A stretch of 64,000 nucleotides of DNA, taken from positions 145,519 through 209,518 of the IMG/VR virus record IMGVR_UViG_3300008259_005066; one strand, 5' to 3'. Below the pieces are notes generated by a model, which saw only the letters and a program-made list of their open reading frames with translations, did no database searches and was not told the origin of the DNA. Shown piece after piece: positions 9,596 to 19,691 of this stretch. The position numbers and the translations under genes are program-made. Numbering within the stretch: position 1 is the first letter of the stretch; each line of letters opens with the position of its first letter.

Positions 9596-10078
9596 CTATT
9601 CTGGCTTCTTTGGTTGTTCGCGGCGCACAAGGCGTTCCAGCATTTCGTTGCGATCCAGCACATGCCCTGTGCCTGTGACGGGTATGTCTCCGTCGTTGGA
9701 CTCGCGATCCAGTTTGGCTTTCTGCATCTGTAACTGTATCATCTTGAGTTTTTTGTTCATCTTGGCTGTTTTGGCCGTGATAGCGTGACCCAGCATGGTG
9801 CTGGCCACGGAAAATATCTCTGATGCATAGCGGCTGTCTACCTGCATGCCCAGATCCATGAGATCGTCAAAACTTTCTCGTGCCTTGCCGGCCAATTCGT
9901 CCATTTCTTCGTCTGATGCTTCCAGGCCTCGCACAGCGGGCAATGCTTGCTCGATCTTGTCAAGAGTGGCCAGAGTTTCGGGCAATACAGGCAGGGCAGG
10001 TTCAGAGGGAGTTTGATCGTCTATGGATTCATCCTCTTTGCGAGGCAGATCAAACAGTTCTTCTAATTTTCTCGTCAT
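9596..10078 (-). CDS. Putative terminase small subunit (gp16-like)
   Basis: 160 aa; acidic N-terminus, helical core FDDLMDLGMQVDSRYASEIFSVASTMLGHAITAKTAKM resembling the T4 gp16 core, C-terminal VLDRNEML. Function is inferred. Confidence 0.45.
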   Translation of the reverse strand: MTRKLEELFDLPRKEDESIDDQTPSEPALPVLPETLATLDKIEQALPAVRGLEASDEEMDELAGKARESFDDLMDLGMQVDSRYASEIFSVASTMLGHAITAKTAKMNKKLKMIQLQMQKAKLDRESNDGDIPVTGTGHVLDRNEMLERLVRREQPKKPE

Positions 10079-10092
10079 GCGGTATTTACCGC

Positions 10093-10527
10093 TTATTTTT
10101 TACCGTTGCGGAAGATGTCGTCTTCGGTTATCACCCGGAACTGGATGCCTTGGCGGCGGCACCACTTCGAAGCGGCATCCCATTTGGCGTAGTTCACTGC
10201 CACTATGGCACGGTCACGGGCACTGGCCTTGCTTTCCAGGATGCTTTGCTTTTTGGGCTTGATTTCGATCAGTTCAGTGATCACTCTGCTGTCTCGGGTG
10301 CGATATTGCACCAAGAAATCAGGAATATAGTTGGTCATTTTGCCTGTGAGCGGATTGCGATATGGGATAGCAATGCTCTCGCTGGCCCATCCCACTATGG
10401 AATCGTTGTTGTCACAGAAACGCATGAAAGCATGTTCCCAACCCGAACGATATTTGGGTCGGCCTTTGCCTAGATATTTGTTGGGATTGCGGACTTCAAA
10501 AAATCCCTGTGCATAGTTGCGGCTCAT
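10093..10527 (-). CDS. gp4: Head completion nuclease (T4 gp4-like, TnsA-like PD-(D/E)xK)
   Basis: YRSGWE..FM.FCD.N..I..WASE...IPY...Y.PDF...IEIKP...VN.AKW.AA..WC...F.VITE pattern. Confidence 0.85.
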   Translation of the reverse strand: MSRNYAQGFFEVRNPNKYLGKGRPKYRSGWEHAFMRFCDNNDSIVGWASESIAIPYRNPLTGKMTNYIPDFLVQYRTRDSRVITELIEIKPKKQSILESKASARDRAIVAVNYAKWDAASKWCRRQGIQFRVITEDDIFRNGKK

Positions 10528-10883
10528 GGTAACACATTGCGGGCCGCATAGAAGTTAGGTTGCACCACGGCATTCACACCCAACAGCGTGGCGTTGCTTC
10601 TTTGGTTGTTGAGATAGTAACACAAGGTAGATGTCAATTGTAACTGGTCTTGTCCTTGTATTTCTTGGAGCAATTCCAGCACAGGACGTCTACTGTAATC
10701 TGCTACCTGGAACAGACTCACTGTAAAATTTTTGGCTGCGGTCTTGTCTTTGAAAATCCTAGCAAAATAACTGTAGACCGCATCGTATTGATCCACAGGA
10801 ACTTCTACGGCAAATTCGTAAAAATTATCAAACACCCTGACAGTCATGTCAAGTCTTGGATCGGTATAGTTTACTGTGCTCAT
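10524..10883 (-). CDS. Hypothetical protein (119 aa)
   Basis: ORF coupled to its neighbours; TAAATA at 10894-10899. Confidence 0.65.
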   Translation of the reverse strand: MSTVNYTDPRLDMTVRVFDNFYEFAVEVPVDQYDAVYSYFARIFKDKTAAKNFTVSLFQVADYSRRPVLELLQEIQGQDQLQLTSTLCYYLNNQRSNATLLGVNAVVQPNFYAARNVLP

Positions 10884-12148
10884 CGTATGTTGTTATTTAC
10901 TTGTTGATTTACAGGCTGTATGGTCCTACCAGTGCGTGTGAATTCTGTAGGCACTGCCTGGGTAGTAGGTCCTGACAGAGTAGGTTCGGCTGTTCTCGGC
11001 GAAGCCGGATCAGTGGTAGTGGAATTCTGTTGCACCGGAACTTTGGGGAAGAAAAATCCGTCGGCGGCGTTGGCTGTTTGTCTCACAGCGCCTGGTAACT
11101 GCCCTCGGATCACATCCTGCACCACGGCATTGGCTTCATTGCGCACTATGCTCTGGAGATTTTTGCCTTTGAAAGTCTGATAGGCAGTGCCGGCTTTTTG
11201 CACGGCACCAATGATGCCCAATACAGAACCCGACTGTAGATCGTTCACTATGCCTCCCACTGTGTCTACTAAACCACCCTGTCCCAATATGGTCGCGTTG
11301 TTGCCCAACCGATCCAGAGGACTGCGCACTGTGTCGTAGCGTGATGGATCGGCAAATCCTTTGATGTTGGCACTGGGCCGAGAAGTATCGATCTTGCCTT
11401 GATAGTATTTCACTGTCTCGTAACGCAAGGTCATCTGATGTTCCATGGTGCCGGTGTTTTGGCTGTAATCATAGGTGTCATGCCGGAAATCGGTGATCAT
11501 GGGGTTGATCAAAACATAGGCGCAGAAATCATGCTGGCTCATGCCATATATGGTGATGTCGCGGAAGAATGGTGGTTTGCCATTGGGTGCCGACACACCA
11601 TCACTGTAGGACTCACCAACATAACCCCAGTCGTTCACAGTGCGTTGATCGTTGTAGATGTCTCGACCGTTGTAACTGAGTTTGGGATCACCGCCGTTGC
11701 CGCTCTGGCCGGCGCTGCCTTGTGTGACGGGCACACCCCAATATTGTTGGGTAGGATCTTTGTAGTAGTATGCGAAATAGTTATACCACAGGCTCCGCAC
11801 CAGATCGCTGCCATCATCGTGGAACACGATTTGGCAAGGGTTGTAGTCTATGCGCTTCTGGACCAATCGCTTGCGATTGTATTGATTCATTGTGTCAACT
11901 TCGATGTTGTAGTTGGGAAGTTGTGCTGTTTTTACCAATAGTCCAATGTTGTCTCGTTCCTGGCGATTGAACACTTCGGCCAACTTGGGGATTTCAATGG
12001 TGTTGAGATTAAAGTAGACATGGAAGAGATATTTAAAACGAGGCGCCAGCTCATATCCGTTGGCACGGAAAGTCTTGCTGGCGTGTGTGTAGTCCTTTAG
12101 ATAGTCGCTTCCAAAGAACCCCTTGAGGAAGTCCGCTCCAAAGGCCAT
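10880..12148 (-). CDS. Tail-tube-like baseplate protein (gp54/gp48-type)
   Basis: Tube-fold motifs PRFKYLFHVYF, VKTAQLPNYNIE, QYNRKRLVQKRIDYNPCQIVFHDD; directly downstream of the tail tube gene. Confidence 0.65.
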   Translation of the reverse strand: MAFGADFLKGFFGSDYLKDYTHASKTFRANGYELAPRFKYLFHVYFNLNTIEIPKLAEVFNRQERDNIGLLVKTAQLPNYNIEVDTMNQYNRKRLVQKRIDYNPCQIVFHDDGSDLVRSLWYNYFAYYYKDPTQQYWGVPVTQGSAGQSGNGGDPKLSYNGRDIYNDQRTVNDWGYVGESYSDGVSAPNGKPPFFRDITIYGMSQHDFCAYVLINPMITDFRHDTYDYSQNTGTMEHQMTLRYETVKYYQGKIDTSRPSANIKGFADPSRYDTVRSPLDRLGNNATILGQGGLVDTVGGIVNDLQSGSVLGIIGAVQKAGTAYQTFKGKNLQSIVRNEANAVVQDVIRGQLPGAVRQTANAADGFFFPKVPVQQNSTTTDPASPRTAEPTLSGPTTQAVPTEFTRTGRTIQPVNQQVNNNIR

Positions 12149-12154
12149 GATTGA

Positions 12155-12772
12155 TTAGCCGGTTACTACGTCGCCCAGTGTTCTACCTACTGTGGCACCA
12201 ACACCAGAACCAATCGGTGTCTGGATGGCATTGTCATAACGCAAGGTCATGGAAACTGTGACTGCGGCACTCTCACCGTAGTTCAAATCGTTGTAGTTCA
12301 CTGTGCTCAAGTAGCAACCATACAGTTCCCAAGTTTCAAGCACGTTGGGCGCAAACGCACCATTACCACCGTCCAGTATTTCACAGCGTGTGGTGAATTT
12401 GTAGTCGATACCTGAAGCGGCTGAAGCCTGCTCTACGAAATCCAACTGCTTCTGCAGTTGTTCGCCAACCAGTTTAGAAACGTTGCCACCGGCATCGTCA
12501 CGCAATTCACATGTGACAGCTTCCCAATTGTATTTGCCTGCGAGATAGATGGTGCTGTTATATACCGGCACTTCAATCTCTGGAAAGTTGATTGTAGGGC
12601 GTGTGAAACTGATCACCTGTTTGGTGAGTTCAGTTCTTGGTGTGCTTACGCCAAGATTCTCAAACACCACTCTGAAGCGATACTTGAGTTTGGGCATCAG
12701 CAAACCCTGGGTTGGGCTTGACTGATCACTTGCCAACGGCACTGTCATTCTGTTCAATGATGCGATAGACAT
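12155..12772 (-). CDS. gp19: Tail tube protein (gp19-like)
   Basis: PKLKYRFRV, SFTRPTINF, YLAGKYNWEAVTCELRDD, ETWELYGCY, LTLRYDNA-like end; follows the sheath; AGGAGA RBS. Confidence 0.85.
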   Translation of the reverse strand: MSIASLNRMTVPLASDQSSPTQGLLMPKLKYRFRVVFENLGVSTPRTELTKQVISFTRPTINFPEIEVPVYNSTIYLAGKYNWEAVTCELRDDAGGNVSKLVGEQLQKQLDFVEQASAASGIDYKFTTRCEILDGGNGAFAPNVLETWELYGCYLSTVNYNDLNYGESAAVTVSMTLRYDNAIQTPIGSGVGATVGRTLGDVVTG

Positions 12773-12819
12773 ACTGGTCTCCTGAATCCTTATTGCAATT
12801 ATTTATCTGAGATGAGATC

Positions 12820-12848
12820 AAAAAAAATGGGGCCAAAGCCCCATTTTT
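12820..12848 (-). terminator. Intrinsic terminator after the tail sheath gene
   Basis: AAAAATGGGGC-CAAA-GCCCCATTTTT inverted repeat; T-tract follows on the minus strand. Confidence 0.8.
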
Positions 12849-12865
12849 CTGCACTAGCGATACCG

Positions 12866-15800
12866 TTAGACGGTGCTTGCGGTAGCAACATCGCCTGCGG
12901 CAATCTCACCTGTGTTCTTGATACGAACCGGTATGTAGATGAATTCAACTGCTTTCACAGGCTCGATTGCGATGTCAACATAGAGTTCGTTGCGATCGAT
13001 ACGAGCCGGTGTGTTGTTTGATTCATCACACACAACCAGGTAGTCGTAAACACCACGCTTGGCCACAAGATCGTTCAACAAGTTAGAGATAGCATTGGAT
13101 ATCTCATCACGAGTGATCTGATCATTGGGTTCAAACACAAAGCTCTTGCCAATGGTTTCAAGGCGTCCACGCAAGAATGCAATCAAACGTGCCACATTGA
13201 TACGATCCAGTGCCGACGGTGTTGCAGCTTCGGTCTTGTTACCGTAGTTGGTTATGCCCGTGCCAGGTATGAACGTGATCGGGTTGATCTTGTTTTCATA
13301 CAAGGTATCACGTATGCTTTGACGGATCGCTGTTGAGATAAACTGTCCGGTCTGGGCATTGACATATCCCAACGAAAACGCATTGTCAACCACACCGCGG
13401 CGTGTGCCGGCAGGTGCCAACCATGGGAACGAAACTTCGTCGCTACGCAGGATAGTGCGCAACATCATATGGCTGGGCGGTTGCACCACTGTGCCACCAG
13501 TCAAATCTGTGGTTTGGCATGATGGATAGAACGTGCCAAGATACGCATCAGCTGTGACCAGTCCATCTTCTCCGTCTAAACCAGCACCACCAGCATTGGT
13601 CGCCCATGCAGTGATAGCGTCGGCTGTGTCAGGCAAGCGCATTGGTGTGTCACCAACTACAAACGCTGTGTTGTTGCGCTCATTGTTGAGTGCTATCATA
13701 TTCACTATCAATTCTGGATAGTTGGGTGTGGCGATCAAATTGAACTGGCGTTGTTCTTCGCGCAGATCTTGATTGCCATCTATCGATGATTTCATGGCCT
13801 GCACCACCATGTTCCGCACTGCTTTGCGACCCATGTAAGGTGATCCATCGTTTTTCAATCCGCTGGCAGTGACCCATGCATCAGTGACTGTGCCTGTGAA
13901 ATCAGGATAGTCAGTGGCATTGAAGTAATCTACCTGGAAGCTCTTGACGTTGAATCCTGAACGACGCAGGTTGAATGCCAACATGCCTGCAGGATACAAT
14001 GTATACTCAGGTGCATCTGGATCCAGATACGAGCTGGCCAGCAAACTGGTTATGGTTGGAATTGGAGCAGTGATAGGATCTGTGTCACCGTTGGTAGCCC
14101 AACGGAAGTCAGCGAACAGCACACCATTTTCGGTGGTCTGGTCGGTGTTGTCGATCAATACCCATTGATCTGCACCGTCTACTGATTGCCAACGCTTGAT
14201 CACTGGATACAGTTCAAGATCGCTGGTGTCGATCCAGAGATCACCATAGACCAGTGGAGTATCGTCACTTTGCACAGTGGGTGCTGTGACAGAAATGATT
14301 GGTCCAGCGGGATCTGTCTGTGTCAAATTGTAACCGCGCACATCATTGCTGAGTGTGCGATATCCAACCCAGGCATTGCCACTATTGATCATGATGTCAA
14401 CTTGATCTGTGGCAGAATAATACCACAAGCGTCCATCAGCAGGATCTTGGCTAGGTGCCACGTCGCTGGCAGTGTATGTGAATGTGGGTGCACCTACCCA
14501 GTTAGATAGGATCAACTGATTGCTCACACCTGCTCGCACTCCAGTGACTGATGTATTGATACCTGCATCTGCCACGGGTGTGCCGGATGTGTCTTCAAGC
14601 ACGATGCTACCACCTTGGGTGTGCTGTATCTGGATGGCGCCATCTGATGTCACGCCTGCTGTGACTGGAGCACCGGATGGTATAGCGGCCAAAAATGCTG
14701 TGACAAAATCTGCCGCTGTGGTTCCGCCCAGCGTGGCTGTGACCGCGGTGGTCAGTGTATCACTGTTTTTCACGCTCCAGGAGATAGTGAACTGTTCGCC
14801 GTTGACAAATGTTGGTGATGTGTCGTCACCAATGATGATTGTGTTACCGCTGGCCAGACGCTCAAGGATCTTGATAGTGAATGTGAAGTCTTCGTCCACA
14901 TCATATTGAGCATAGGTCGAACCTGCTGTGATGTTGCGACCACCACCAGCCGGATCTAGAGCCTTGTTTGCGCTCTGATCGTTGGCATAAAGTGGACAAC
15001 TCTGTTGCACAAACAGTCCCAATGTGGAATCATATTTCTTCACTGCGAGATCCGCACCTTGGTTTACTGTATTGGTCTTGTTCCATACCGAACCAGTTGG
15101 ATGTGGCTCTGTGTCAGTGGTCCTCCAGCGTGGAACTGTGTAGTTTGGACTCTGTTGTAGCACAGGTGCATAGTAGATGCGTGGTGTGATTCCTAGATCG
15201 GTCAACAGAGTTCCTGTGCCGTTGGCTATGTCAAGGATACCGTTGCCATCATCAGTGGATCCATCATTGGATCCGTTGGAATCGATGTAGATTTCCAACT
15301 TGCCACTGACATTCTTGGCACTGATGCCAGGAACGTTGGCTGCATTGATTGCCGAGGCCATGGCAGTGACCGTGGTTCCAGCGATAGTAACCAACTGATC
15401 ATTGAGGTAAATGCTTTGTGCATTGGTCAATGTGGGATTGGTTTGGGTTCCTATCACTGAGGGCCATGAGTTTTTCCAATCATCTGACCCCACTAACACC
15501 CAGGTATTGGCAGCAACCACTGGATCACTGACAGTGTTACCTGGAGATTTGAAATAGGTATAGTTGTTGGCATTCACGGCTACCACAGCATAGTCACCGA
15601 TGTTACCGATGCTGTCCAAAGGAGCAGTGGTAGTGTCCAATGGATCTATCAAGTCATCTGCTGATGTGATCACTATGGGTGTCTTGTTGGTAAATGTGTT
15701 GCAGTGGCCGATGTATCTAACCAATAGTCACCGTTGTTGGGTGCACCTGTGGGGCGTGTCAAACTGGCTGTGAGTTCGCTCAAGTCAATGTTGGCACGCT

Positions 15801-16128
15801 GGACGTATGCACGATTGGAAATGCCTAGAACAGAATAGGCTGCGAGCAGACCGTATTCGTTAAGTTCATAACCATTGATTGGTGTGCCTGCTGTGGTTTT
15901 GTAGAAGAATGGGTTACCAAATGTGTTGACCAAATCTCTTTGGCTAGAGATTAAATAAACTCGATTTGCGTTGACCTCTGTGGTGCCGGCAGCCACGCCA
16001 ACACCGCTACCACTGATCTTGTTTTGCGCTGTGGCTATCAAGATAAATGGTACTGAATTTGTAGGAGCTGGTAGATAGTTGGATTCATCTATGATCGTAA
16101 CTTCTACGCCTGGGCTAAGTAGTGCCAT
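12866..16128 (-). CDS. gp18: Tail sheath protein (gp18-like), split into two frames near 15700
   Basis: N-terminal MALLSPGVEVTIIDES (15673..16128) and C-terminal sheath motifs WLAPAGTRRG, LYENKINPI, LDRINVARL, FEPND..TR, IDRNELYVDIAIEPVKAVEFIYIP (12866..15724) are in different frames. Confidence 0.9.
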
Positions 16129-16225
16129 GTGTCTGTTCCTTTAAAAGTGCTATTGATATTTAGCGGCACACACCAAAACCACCATCTAACCTTGCCCTTA
16201 CCTAAGGTTTTGCTTAAATATCTGC

Positions 16226-16573
16226 ATGTCAAGACCCCTGTGCAAAGCCTGCAACAAACGACCATCTGCCGTGAATTGCTATCGTGGCGATAAGATCTAC
16301 TATCGCAGTCGTTGCGACAACTGCATCAGGAAAGATCGTCGGCAAAAACCAACAGAACCCAGATGGAAACAGGCAGGATACAAGAAAAAAATGATCTGTG
16401 ACCGCTGTGGATTCCGCGCCAAAGTCCAGTCTCAGACTCTAGTATATCATGTAGATGGTAATCTCAACAACTCTGAACTGCGTAATCTCCGTAGCGTGTG
16501 CCTTAATTGCACAGCCGAGATCATGAGAGAGGACTTGCCTTGGCGACGCGGAGATCTCGAAGAAGATCGGTGA
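16226..16573 (+). CDS. Zn-finger / HNH-like protein
   Basis: CxxC pairs (CKAC, CDNC, CDRC, CLNC) and VYHVDGNLNNSELRNL HNH-like segment; TAAATA at 16215-16220. Confidence 0.7.
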   Translation: MSRPLCKACNKRPSAVNCYRGDKIYYRSRCDNCIRKDRRQKPTEPRWKQAGYKKKMICDRCGFRAKVQSQTLVYHVDGNLNNSELRNLRSVCLNCTAEIMREDLPWRRGDLEEDR

Positions 16574-17165
16574 TCTGCTGGAACAGTTGGTCCATGGTGC
16601 CGTTGTTGTCTATCACTGCATCGAATTCCGTGCCCACCCAGGCAGTTTCACTGGCATGTATTCCTATGCTACCTAGCATCTGAGATGCTCCATTTGTGCC
16701 GAGATTGGCCTGTTGGGCCACTGCATACCATTCGGGCTCTGGCCCGCGGACCACACGGATAACTATGCCGCCCTGGGCCCGGATAGCACTAATCTCATTA
16801 GGGAAACGACAGTCAGAAATCACCACATCATCCTGTGATGTGCGCAGTTTGTTTTCAAGGCTGGCAATCCAGATATCGTCATGGAAAGCCCGACGGCACA
16901 CTTCGGTGCCCCAATACTGTAGCACCCAACGTGGTGTGATCACTTGTCCAAGACGCTTTGACCACCACTCATCCACTTGTTCACGCCACTCTCGGGCCTG
17001 TTTGGTGCGCCCTTCCAGCATGGTGCGATCCCAGCCAAACACAGCCGCACAGGCATCTTTCAGCGTGTTGGCGAAACTTTCTCTACGGAATTGATGTATG
17101 TTCACAAGATAATCAGCGATGGTATCTTTGCCTGAACCTATGAATCCGCATACTCCTATGATCAT
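16521..17165 (-). CDS. Deoxynucleoside monophosphate kinase (T4 gp1-like)
   Basis: P-loop IIGVCGFIGSGKDT, FANTLKD, PRWVLQYWGTEVCR, VISDCRFPNE, HASE. Start set at MIIGV (17165). Confidence 0.85.
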   Translation of the reverse strand: MIIGVCGFIGSGKDTIADYLVNIHQFRRESFANTLKDACAAVFGWDRTMLEGRTKQAREWREQVDEWWSKRLGQVITPRWVLQYWGTEVCRRAFHDDIWIASLENKLRTSQDDVVISDCRFPNEISAIRAQGGIVIRVVRGPEPEWYAVAQQANLGTNGASQMLGSIGIHASETAWVGTEFDAVIDNNGTMDQLFQQITDLLRDLRVAKASPLS

Positions 17166-17683
17166 ACCAGTTCCTTTACTTTGAGATATTCCAAACAGTC
17201 CCACAATAACCGTATCTGCCTCCGGCAATCTTCCAGGGCATGATGGCTGGCAGGGTATTTTTGTAGATTGGGGACCAAACTAAACAGAGTGCGGCTGTCT
17301 CGCACAGAGAAAAACTTCCAGGGCAGGGCCATGTTTTCACTCTTGTAAGCATGCTCTAGGATGTTCATGTCATAGGTCGGTCCTTGGGCCCAAACATGCC
17401 TAGCGTGCCAGGCCAAGCGATGCAGGCCTTCCAGGGCTTCACGCAAAGGTATGCGATTGTCCTCGCCAAATGCTTCTTCGCGGATGTCTGCGGGTTGGGT
17501 GGCCCACCATTGCAGTGTGCTTTCATCTATGGCGCGGCCTTCTTGGCTTTCCAGCGTGACCCGGGCATAGAATTCTCTACCAAAAAAGCCACGCTCCAAG
17601 GGATTGAACTCCTGGGCCGCTATGGTCAGTATGGTGGTGTCGGGTGTGGTCGCAAGACCCTCTATGTCAATCATTAAATCCAT
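17162..17683 (-). CDS. DEDDh 3'-5' exonuclease (Rv2179c-like)
   Basis: LMIDIEG, WWATQ, VWAQGPTYD..ILE, RDSRTL, HHALEDC motifs. Confidence 0.8.
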   Translation of the reverse strand: MDLMIDIEGLATTPDTTILTIAAQEFNPLERGFFGREFYARVTLESQEGRAIDESTLQWWATQPADIREEAFGEDNRIPLREALEGLHRLAWHARHVWAQGPTYDMNILEHAYKSENMALPWKFFSVRDSRTLFSLVPNLQKYPASHHALEDCRRQIRLLWDCLEYLKVKELV

Positions 17684-17689
17684 TCAATG

Positions 17690-17698
17690 ATTATAACA
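17690..17698 (-). promoter_or_regulatory. Extended -10 sigma70-type promoter (TGtTATAAT) for the exonuclease/dNMP kinase pair
   Basis: Minus strand reads ctcTGtTATAATcattgaATG. Confidence 0.6.
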
Positions 17699-17726
17699 GA
17701 GATTTTGGTTAGATGCTAGAGAGTTG

Positions 17727-18497
17727 TTAGCCAATGACAAAAGTCAGCGGTTGGCTGGCATCCACATAGCGTTTGAGTTCATCTATGAGTATGTCCATGG
17801 CTTCTTTGGCTTCGGTTTTCATGGCCGCACCATTGAGGCTGGTCCCGCCCTGTGGTCCGGCGATCTGGGCAAACTTTTCACGTGCTTCGCCGATGATCAT
17901 TTTGCATGCGGCTACCATATAATCGCGGATCCACTGTTGGATCTGGATATTGGCCAGCAAAGCAATTTCGGGTTTGAGTTGATATACCCACAGCAAAAGC
18001 ACTTCACCTTCACCTTTGGGATCACGCATGAACTGTATCTGCTTGGTGACAGGGTTGTAGGTGTAGTTCATGAAACCACCAAACATCCTGGCTGCCAACT
18101 CTACATATTGGGTATAGAAATCATAAGTGGCCAACCCACCAGCAGAACTGTAGTTCAACAAATAGGTGTTCAGCGTGGCACTGGAGAACGGATCAAAACT
18201 GGAACTGTATGGGCCTTGTATGTTGCCAATGGTGCGGCGGAACACTTGGCGCACAACTTGAACTTCTTGCGGTAGCGTGTAGATGTTGACGTTTTCTATC
18301 AACGGCAGGAAGATATAGCATTCTTCGTAGGCATTTTCTGCTCGTTGGCGATAGGTGCCGATGGTTCGTTGATAGGCCGCTTCATAGTGTGCAGGATCTA
18401 ACTCAAGATCGATGATCTGATCGCCCAACTGGAGTTGCACATATTCGATGAGGTTTTGCTTTAATGTTTCTAGCGTTGATGCAGTCTGATCTACCAT
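17727..18497 (-). CDS. gp13: Neck protein (gp13-like)
   Basis: LIEYVQLQLG..IIDLELD, WIRDYMVAACKMIIGEAREKF, GGTSLNG motifs of T4 gp13-type head-tail adaptors. Confidence 0.75.
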   Translation of the reverse strand: MVDQTASTLETLKQNLIEYVQLQLGDQIIDLELDPAHYEAAYQRTIGTYRQRAENAYEECYIFLPLIENVNIYTLPQEVQVVRQVFRRTIGNIQGPYSSSFDPFSSATLNTYLLNYSSAGGLATYDFYTQYVELAARMFGGFMNYTYNPVTKQIQFMRDPKGEGEVLLLWVYQLKPEIALLANIQIQQWIRDYMVAACKMIIGEAREKFAQIAGPQGGTSLNGAAMKTEAKEAMDILIDELKRYVDASQPLTFVIG

Positions 18498-18518
18498 TAC
18501 AGGCTCCTATACAACTAT

Positions 18519-19691
18519 TTAGCGGAAGAAGTCCTGACAATGGCCCTCACGTGAAATGTCATTGGTCACACAATGAATACCACAGTCCCAAAAATATTTG
18601 TGTCGGAACGGGACAACATGCACTTCTATACCGTGTCGCGCACAGGCTTTTTCGACTCGATCGTTGTGGGTAGAAACCACGATATTTTTGGGATCTACGA
18701 TCAGGATATTGACATCAAACACAGTTTCTGACACCTGTCCAACCCATTCATCAAAGTAATGATCTACCATGTTTATGAGATTGTTATCTTGCTCAAATCC
18801 CGGCATAAACCACCGTCCTTTGTTGCGTTTCATACTGAACTCAAACTCTCTCATGTGGGCATAATTGCTGGGTGGTAGATACACCACTTCCCATCCTGGA
18901 AAAGTATCCGCATAGGTGGGCACATCATTGAGACTGACTATCAAACCTGGTGTAACAGGGCAATACACAGCATCTCCGTGACCGCCCGAATTGACCACAT
19001 GATTTCTCGTGGTCGGAAATAATGCATTAACTTGATCTAATATGGCTTTTTTATCATCATAGTAAGTCTGCGTGGCAAAGTATAGATCTTGGCCAATGCG
19101 ACTCACAAAGCACCCATTGATGAAATCGAGATCAGTGTAAACTATATCTGTGCCACTGCTCTTTATCTCGTTTAAAATATGCGGATAAAAATCCAATTTG
19201 GCGTCAAGATGTTGTTGATCTATTCCACAGAATATTTCAAACTTCTTACGAACATCGTCGGCATACTCAGGCCAAGCATCATAGAAATCTTTTGGACGCA
19301 CATAATCGGGCCACCAATTCATTTTGTTCTGGCGATAAAATACCGACCAGGCATGACTGGCATTTGGCTCTCGCGGTATCCAGAAACGATCCTGGATCAT
19401 GATAAAATAATCACGAGGAGCGGTGGGTGGTTGCACCCATTTGCCATCGATATAAAGACTATCGAGATTTTCTGGAAACTGGGGCCTCACCACCCGGACC
19501 CCAAATCGATCTTGCAAGAGTGTAATCAGTCCTTGATAATCTTCTTCAGTTTCTTGTGCAAGATTTTCAAATTTTTCGCGGGTCTTCGAATCTTTGATCC
19601 ACTTGTAAAATTCGGGCGGATATGTTCGTCCCACCATGCATACTTTGAGTGGATCCCAGTGTTGGTATACGGAATACATTAGATCTTTCAA
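18519..19691 (-). CDS. Amidinotransferase-family (pentein) enzyme
   Basis: HWDPLKVCMVG, PRDYF, GHGDAVY.PV.PGLI, VFDVNIL.VDP..V and C-terminal GIHCVTND with the catalytic Cys. Confidence 0.8.
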   Translation of the reverse strand: MKDLMYSVYQHWDPLKVCMVGRTYPPEFYKWIKDSKTREKFENLAQETEEDYQGLITLLQDRFGVRVVRPQFPENLDSLYIDGKWVQPPTAPRDYFIMIQDRFWIPREPNASHAWSVFYRQNKMNWWPDYVRPKDFYDAWPEYADDVRKKFEIFCGIDQQHLDAKLDFYPHILNEIKSSGTDIVYTDLDFINGCFVSRIGQDLYFATQTYYDDKKAILDQVNALFPTTRNHVVNSGGHGDAVYCPVTPGLIVSLNDVPTYADTFPGWEVVYLPPSNYAHMREFEFSMKRNKGRWFMPGFEQDNNLINMVDHYFDEWVGQVSETVFDVNILIVDPKNIVVSTHNDRVEKACARHGIEVHVVPFRHKYFWDCGIHCVTNDISREGHCQDFFR

